This document shows positions 60,114 to 64,000 of a DNA stretch of 64,000 nt, one piece after another (within the stretch, counting starts at the first letter, position 1; the number at the start of each line of letters is the position of its first letter). The notes under the pieces were generated by a model. It did no database searches, was not told where the DNA came from, and saw nothing but the letters and a program-made list of their open reading frames with translations. Position numbers and translations under genes: made by a program. This DNA comes from Gemmatimonadota bacterium (GTDB lineage Bacteria; Gemmatimonadota; Gemmatimonadetes; Palauibacterales; Palauibacteraceae), in assembly GCA_035464655.1 (NCBI GenBank), contig DATHRZ010000012.1:4225-68224 (forward strand). The letters are read 5' to 3'.

Positions 60114-61631
60114 ACGCCGACTCACGCCGCTTCCCACCCGCCGCCGATAGCCGAGCGCCTCGGCCACGTGATCGGCGCCGACCCGGTCCGCCGCCGCCAG
60201 ATCGGCGATCGTTCGGGCCACCCGCAGCACGCGATGGCTGCCCCTGGTGCTCAGCCCCGCCTGCCGAGAGGCCGCGGTCAGCAAGGCGCCGGCTTCGTCG
60301 TCGAGCCGACCGTGTCTTCGCAGTCCGTGCAGATCGAGGGCCGCATTGGGCCCGGCCTGCCCCCGACGCCGTCCGACCCGGCGAGCGGCAGCGACCCGCC
60401 ACGCCACGATCTCGCTCGTTTCCGCCCTGGTGTCGGCGTGCACGCTCCAGACGGCCGAGGACATTTCGAGCGTCATGTCGATGCGGTCGAGCAGCGGGCC
60501 GCTGACCCGCGACAGGTAACGCCGAATCGTCCATTCGTCGCACACACAACGATCGTCGCCCGACGTCACGAACCCGCAGGGGCAGCCGTTCATCGCCGCT
60601 ACGAGTTGAAAACGAGCCGGCATCCGCAGCGCCCCGCTGGCCCGCACGAGCCGAACTTCTCCCGATTCGAGTGGCTGGCGCAACGCCTCCAGCACGCCGG
60701 AACGAAATTCACCGAGCTCGTCGAGAAACAGCACACCGTGATGCGCCAGCGACACTTCACCGGGGCGGAGCCTGGTTCCGCCGCCGACGAGGCCAGCGGC
60801 GGTAGCGGTATGGTGGGGAGCACGATACGGCCGGCGGCTCAACAAACCCTCCGCCGGGTCGAGCAGGCCCGCGACGCTGTGCACGATGCTCGCCTCGATC
60901 GCCTCGTCGCGTCGTAGCGGCGGCAGCAGACCGGGCAGCCGTCGCGCCAGCATGGTCTTACCGCACCCCGGCTCGCCGATCAGCAGGATGTGGTGCCCGC
61001 CGGCCGCCGCGATCTCGAGAACTCGCTTCGCCACGTGGTGCCCGTTCACATCCGACAGGTCGGGCGACCGCGACGCCGCCCGGGACGGGCGCTTGGAGCG
61101 ACCGATCGGGAGCTTCGTCTCGCCCCGCAGATGAGCCACGAGCTCGCCCAGCGTCGATACGCCGCGGACGTCCAATCCACCAGCCACGGAAGCTTCCGCG
61201 AGGTTGGCGGCAGGCACGATGAGCGTGCGGACCTCGGGGTCGGGGGCACAGGTCAGGGAGACGGGCAGCACGCCACGCGCCGGTCGGACGCCGCCGTCGA
61301 GCCCGAGCTCGCCGAGGGCCGCCAGCCCGTCGAGTGCCGCGCCGGGAATGTGGCCGGAGGCCGCGAGAATGGCCACCGCGATCGGGAGGTCGAAGGCCGC
61401 CCCCGACTTCGGCAGATCGGCCGGCGCGAGGTTGACCGTGATGCGGAGCCCCGGAAGCCGAAGGCCCGAACGGCTGGAGGCCGCCCGGATACGCTCGCCG
61501 CACTCCCGCGCAGCGCCCGCCGCGAGCCCGACGATGACCAGCATGGGCGTGCCGCGCCGTATGGAGACCTCTACGCGGATCCGAGACGGCTGCAGGCCGA
61601 CGAGCGCGAACGTCGTAATCGATCGGTACAC
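60096..61631 (-). CDS. YifB/ComM family Mg-chelatase-like AAA+ ATPase
   Basis: N-terminal Lon-protease-like domain; Walker A GEPGCGKT; VLFLDE; C-terminal Mg-chelatase subunit ChlI domain; 511 aa. Confidence 0.85.
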   Translation of the reverse strand: MYRSITTFALVGLQPSRIRVEVSIRRGTPMLVIVGLAAGAARECGERIRAASSRSGLRLPGLRITVNLAPADLPKSGAAFDLPIAVAILAASGHIPGAALDGLAALGELGLDGGVRPARGVLPVSLTCAPDPEVRTLIVPAANLAEASVAGGLDVRGVSTLGELVAHLRGETKLPIGRSKRPSRAASRSPDLSDVNGHHVAKRVLEIAAAGGHHILLIGEPGCGKTMLARRLPGLLPPLRRDEAIEASIVHSVAGLLDPAEGLLSRRPYRAPHHTATAAGLVGGGTRLRPGEVSLAHHGVLFLDELGEFRSGVLEALRQPLESGEVRLVRASGALRMPARFQLVAAMNGCPCGFVTSGDDRCVCDEWTIRRYLSRVSGPLLDRIDMTLEMSSAVWSVHADTRAETSEIVAWRVAAARRVGRRRGQAGPNAALDLHGLRRHGRLDDEAGALLTAASRQAGLSTRGSHRVLRVARTIADLAAADRVGADHVAEALGYRRRVGSGVSRRSARRG

Positions 61632-61693
61632 GCCTTCGATGTACCGGGCGGCGTCAACCTGGCGTCAATCCGGCCCGATCCCACTCCGTGTCC

Positions 61694-62419
61694 TCACTCC
61701 TCCGGGGGCGAATCGTCCCCGAAGAACGTGGCGATGGCATCGAGTGGTTGCCTGCCGAGGTCCGGCACGCGGGCGCCGGGGGCCGGGTAGCCCGCCACGA
61801 GCAGCAGAAACGGTCGCTCGTTCTCGGGCCGTTCGAGAATCGACGAGAGAAAGGTCATCGGGCTGGGCGTATGCGTCAGGGTGACCAGGCCGGCGTAGTG
61901 GAGAGCCGTGATCAGCATGCCCGTCGCGATGCCGACCGACTCCTGCACGTAGTAGTGCTTGAAGCGCTCGCCCCGCTCGTCCAGTCCGTAGCGCCTCGCG
62001 AAAATCGCGATCAGGCAGGGCGCCGTTTCGAGAAACGCCTTGTCGGCGTCGGTCCCGAGGCGCTCGAGCGCCGCCAACCACTCGGGCGGCGCGCGGTTCG
62101 CGTAGAACTTCCGTTCCTCGGCTTCGGCGGCCACCCGAATTCGGCGCTTGAGTCCCGGGTCGCGCACGACGACGAAGTGCCAGGGTTGCATGTGCGCGCC
62201 GCTCGGCGCCGTTCCCGCCGCCCGGATGCAGTCCTCGACGACGTCGGACGGAATCCGCCGATCGGAAAAGTCTCGCACGGTGCGGCGCCGACGAAGATCT
62301 TCGTAGAATGACCGGGCGCGAGCCTGCATCTCTTCGGGCCGGCGTTCGATCCAGCTCGACAGCGGGACGAACCGGGGAGCGCTCTCCGCCGGCCGGTCTG
62401 GACGGTCGGGTTCCGGCAT
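61694..62419 (-). CDS. nitroreductase-family flavoprotein, iodotyrosine-deiodinase/dehalogenase-like subgroup (tentative)
   Basis: [43 protein letters not shown] resemble IYD/BluB-type nitroreductases; 241 aa. Confidence 0.65.
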   Translation of the reverse strand: MPEPDRPDRPAESAPRFVPLSSWIERRPEEMQARARSFYEDLRRRRTVRDFSDRRIPSDVVEDCIRAAGTAPSGAHMQPWHFVVVRDPGLKRRIRVAAEAEERKFYANRAPPEWLAALERLGTDADKAFLETAPCLIAIFARRYGLDERGERFKHYYVQESVGIATGMLITALHYAGLVTLTHTPSPMTFLSSILERPENERPFLLLVAGYPAPGARVPDLGRQPLDAIATFFGDDSPPEE

Positions 62420-62521
62420 TTCACCTCCTGCGTCAGGCTTGACGGTCCGACGGAGACGGTTTCAACTTCGAGCCGGCCCCACCGCGGTACCTCTGCGAGT
62501 CTCCCGAAACTGAGGATCGCC

Positions 62522-63511
62522 ATGTTTGAACCGACTGTCCAGACACCCGCACCCGACGCGACACGGCGACGCGTCGGCCTCGTCATGGCGCTCGGGGCCG
62601 GGTTCTTCTGGGGCACGACGGGGCCGCTCAGCACGGCGCTGTACGCCGAGGGGGCGGCCCTGACGGCCGTCGGCTTCTGGCGGATCGCGCTGGCCGCCGT
62701 CGCGCTGGCGCTGTGGGGCGTGCTGCGCCGTGAGCTGTTCGCCGTCGACCTGCGGGGCCTGCTCGTGGTCGGCCTGCTGGGCGGGGCCTGCGTGGCCGGC
62801 TTCGAGGTCGCCTACCAGTTCGCGATCGCGGGCGTGGGCGTAGCCGGCGCCGCCGCCCTTCTCTACACGGCCCCGGTGCTCGTGGCCGTCGCGGCGCGGC
62901 TCGTCCTCGGTGAGGCGCTCACGCCGCTGCGCCTCGTTCTCGCCCTCGTCGTCATGGTGGGAGCGACCCTCACCGTCCGGGGCGGGGCGGGCGTCGAGGC
63001 GCTGTTCGCGTCGCGCGAGCAGGGCATGATGCTCGGTGTGGCCGGCGGCCTCACGGCGGCCGTATCGTACGCGGGAACCACACTGATCGGTCGCTGGGCG
63101 GTACCCCGCTACGGCGCGCTGCGCGTCCTGTGGCTCGAGATCGCCGGGGGAACCGTGCTGCTGGCCGTCATCCTTCCGCTCGTCGACCAGGCGCCGGCGC
63201 TCCCGGCGGGTCTCGGAGCGTGGATCTACGTCGGCCTGCTCGCCGCGGGAACGGTCGTCGCCGCGAACATCCTGTTCTTCGGCGCGCTGCGCCGCATCGA
63301 GGCCGCACCCGTGAGCGTCGCGGCGACGATCGAGCCCGTCGCTGGCGCCCTCCTCGCCCTGGTTCTCCTCGGCCAGACGTTGACGGTCTTCGGCTGGCTC
63401 GGACTCGTGCTCGTGGTAGCGGCGGTGGCGACCGGCTACATGGTCGAGGGAGCACGCCCGGGCGGCCGTCGCCCCGCGCCGCCACTCGACCCGCGGACGG
63501 CCGGTCGATGA
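62522..63511 (+). CDS. EamA/DMT family transporter
   Basis: Ten predicted TM helices in two 5-TM EamA repeats; 329 aa. Confidence 0.7.
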   Translation: MFEPTVQTPAPDATRRRVGLVMALGAGFFWGTTGPLSTALYAEGAALTAVGFWRIALAAVALALWGVLRRELFAVDLRGLLVVGLLGGACVAGFEVAYQFAIAGVGVAGAAALLYTAPVLVAVAARLVLGEALTPLRLVLALVVMVGATLTVRGGAGVEALFASREQGMMLGVAGGLTAAVSYAGTTLIGRWAVPRYGALRVLWLEIAGGTVLLAVILPLVDQAPALPAGLGAWIYVGLLAAGTVVAANILFFGALRRIEAAPVSVAATIEPVAGALLALVLLGQTLTVFGWLGLVLVVAAVATGYMVEGARPGGRRPAPPLDPRTAGR

Positions 63512-63555
63512 CCGCGTCGGGTGTCGGATGGACCAGGTACAGGTAGGTTCAGCGG

Positions 63556-64000
63556 GTGCGAACGAACGCCGAAGCTGTGCCCGACCGGGTCGATCGACTC
63601 GACGAGCTGAGCTGGGCCGGCCTGGTCGCGTGGTTCCGCCGCGACCCCCGGCTCCTGCTGCCGGTGGGCAGCTGTATCCAGCACGGCCCGCACCTGCCGC
63701 TCGGGACCGACAGCCTGATCACGGCGCGGCTCGCACGCGACGTGTGTCGGCGCACGCGCATTTTGCTTGCACCACTGGTCCCGTTCGGGGTCGCGTCCGC
63801 CGAGGACCTGGCATACGCCGGAACCGCCGGGCTGGAGCGAAAGACCCTGCACCGGGTACTCAACGAGCTGGTCCAGTCGTGGGAGCGGCAGGGCCTCGCC
63901 GAGGTCACGCTCCTCACGACGAACGGGAATACGCGAAACATCCAGGCCCTCGCGATGGTGATGGGGAACAGGCTTCGCGTGCGATCGATCGACACGCGGG
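63556..64000 (+). CDS. creatininase-family amidohydrolase (3' partial, runs off the window)
   Basis: Not in the ORF track because it has no stop. GTG at 63556 opens a frame encoding LLLPVGSCIQHGPHLPLGTDSLI, the creatininase signature. Confidence 0.55.
   Translation, partial: MRTNAEAVPDRVDRLDELSWAGLVAWFRRDPRLLLPVGSCIQHGPHLPLGTDSLITARLARDVCRRTRILLAPLVPFGVASAEDLAYAGTAGLERKTLHRVLNELVQSWERQGLAEVTLLTTNGNTRNIQALAMVMGNRLRVRSIDTR

Overview
This is a 64-kb window of a high-GC (about 70%) bacterial chromosome, almost entirely core housekeeping genes. About 60 of 66 genes lie co-directionally on the minus strand, from 774 to 57260. The centrepiece is a complete division/cell-wall (dcw) cluster, mraZ-rsmH-ftsL-ftsI-murE-murF-mraY-murD-ftsW-murG-murC-murB-ftsQ-ftsA-ftsZ (13857-30890), with a textbook MraZ operator upstream at 30925-30958. 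The window also contains:
- a Firmicute-like yggS-divIVA-[degenerate PNP-like]-ileS-dksA-like-lspA-rluD operon;
- a TonB-ExbB-ExbD-ExbD system;
- a tilS-hpt-ftsH-folP-cdaA block;
- the frr-pyrH-tsf-rpsB and rplM-rpsI ribosomal operons;
- a group-3 sigma factor plus lepB;
- a QueD/PTPS-like gene fused in an operon with pabB-pabA;
- one tRNA-Val(UAC).
No CRISPR array, transposase, integrase or prophage signal was seen. Gene content and genome style (two ExbD genes, 3-TM CdaA, PASTA-bearing FtsI, R/A-rich proteins) suggest a Gemmatimonadota-like or related lineage. This is an inference only.
I did not find a convincing novel multi-gene system such as a defence island. The most unusual items are:
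- a degenerate PNP-family pseudo-enzyme wedged between divIVA and ileS;
- a Cys-less PTPS-like gene coupled to pabBA (possible FolB bypass);
- a membrane diadenylate cyclase sitting where glmM usually is;
- an uncharacterised lipoprotein plus outer-membrane barrel pair.
Many long antisense ORFs in the six-frame track are GC-rich artefacts. Coordinates below use my own start-codon choices where the ORF track was clearly N-extended.
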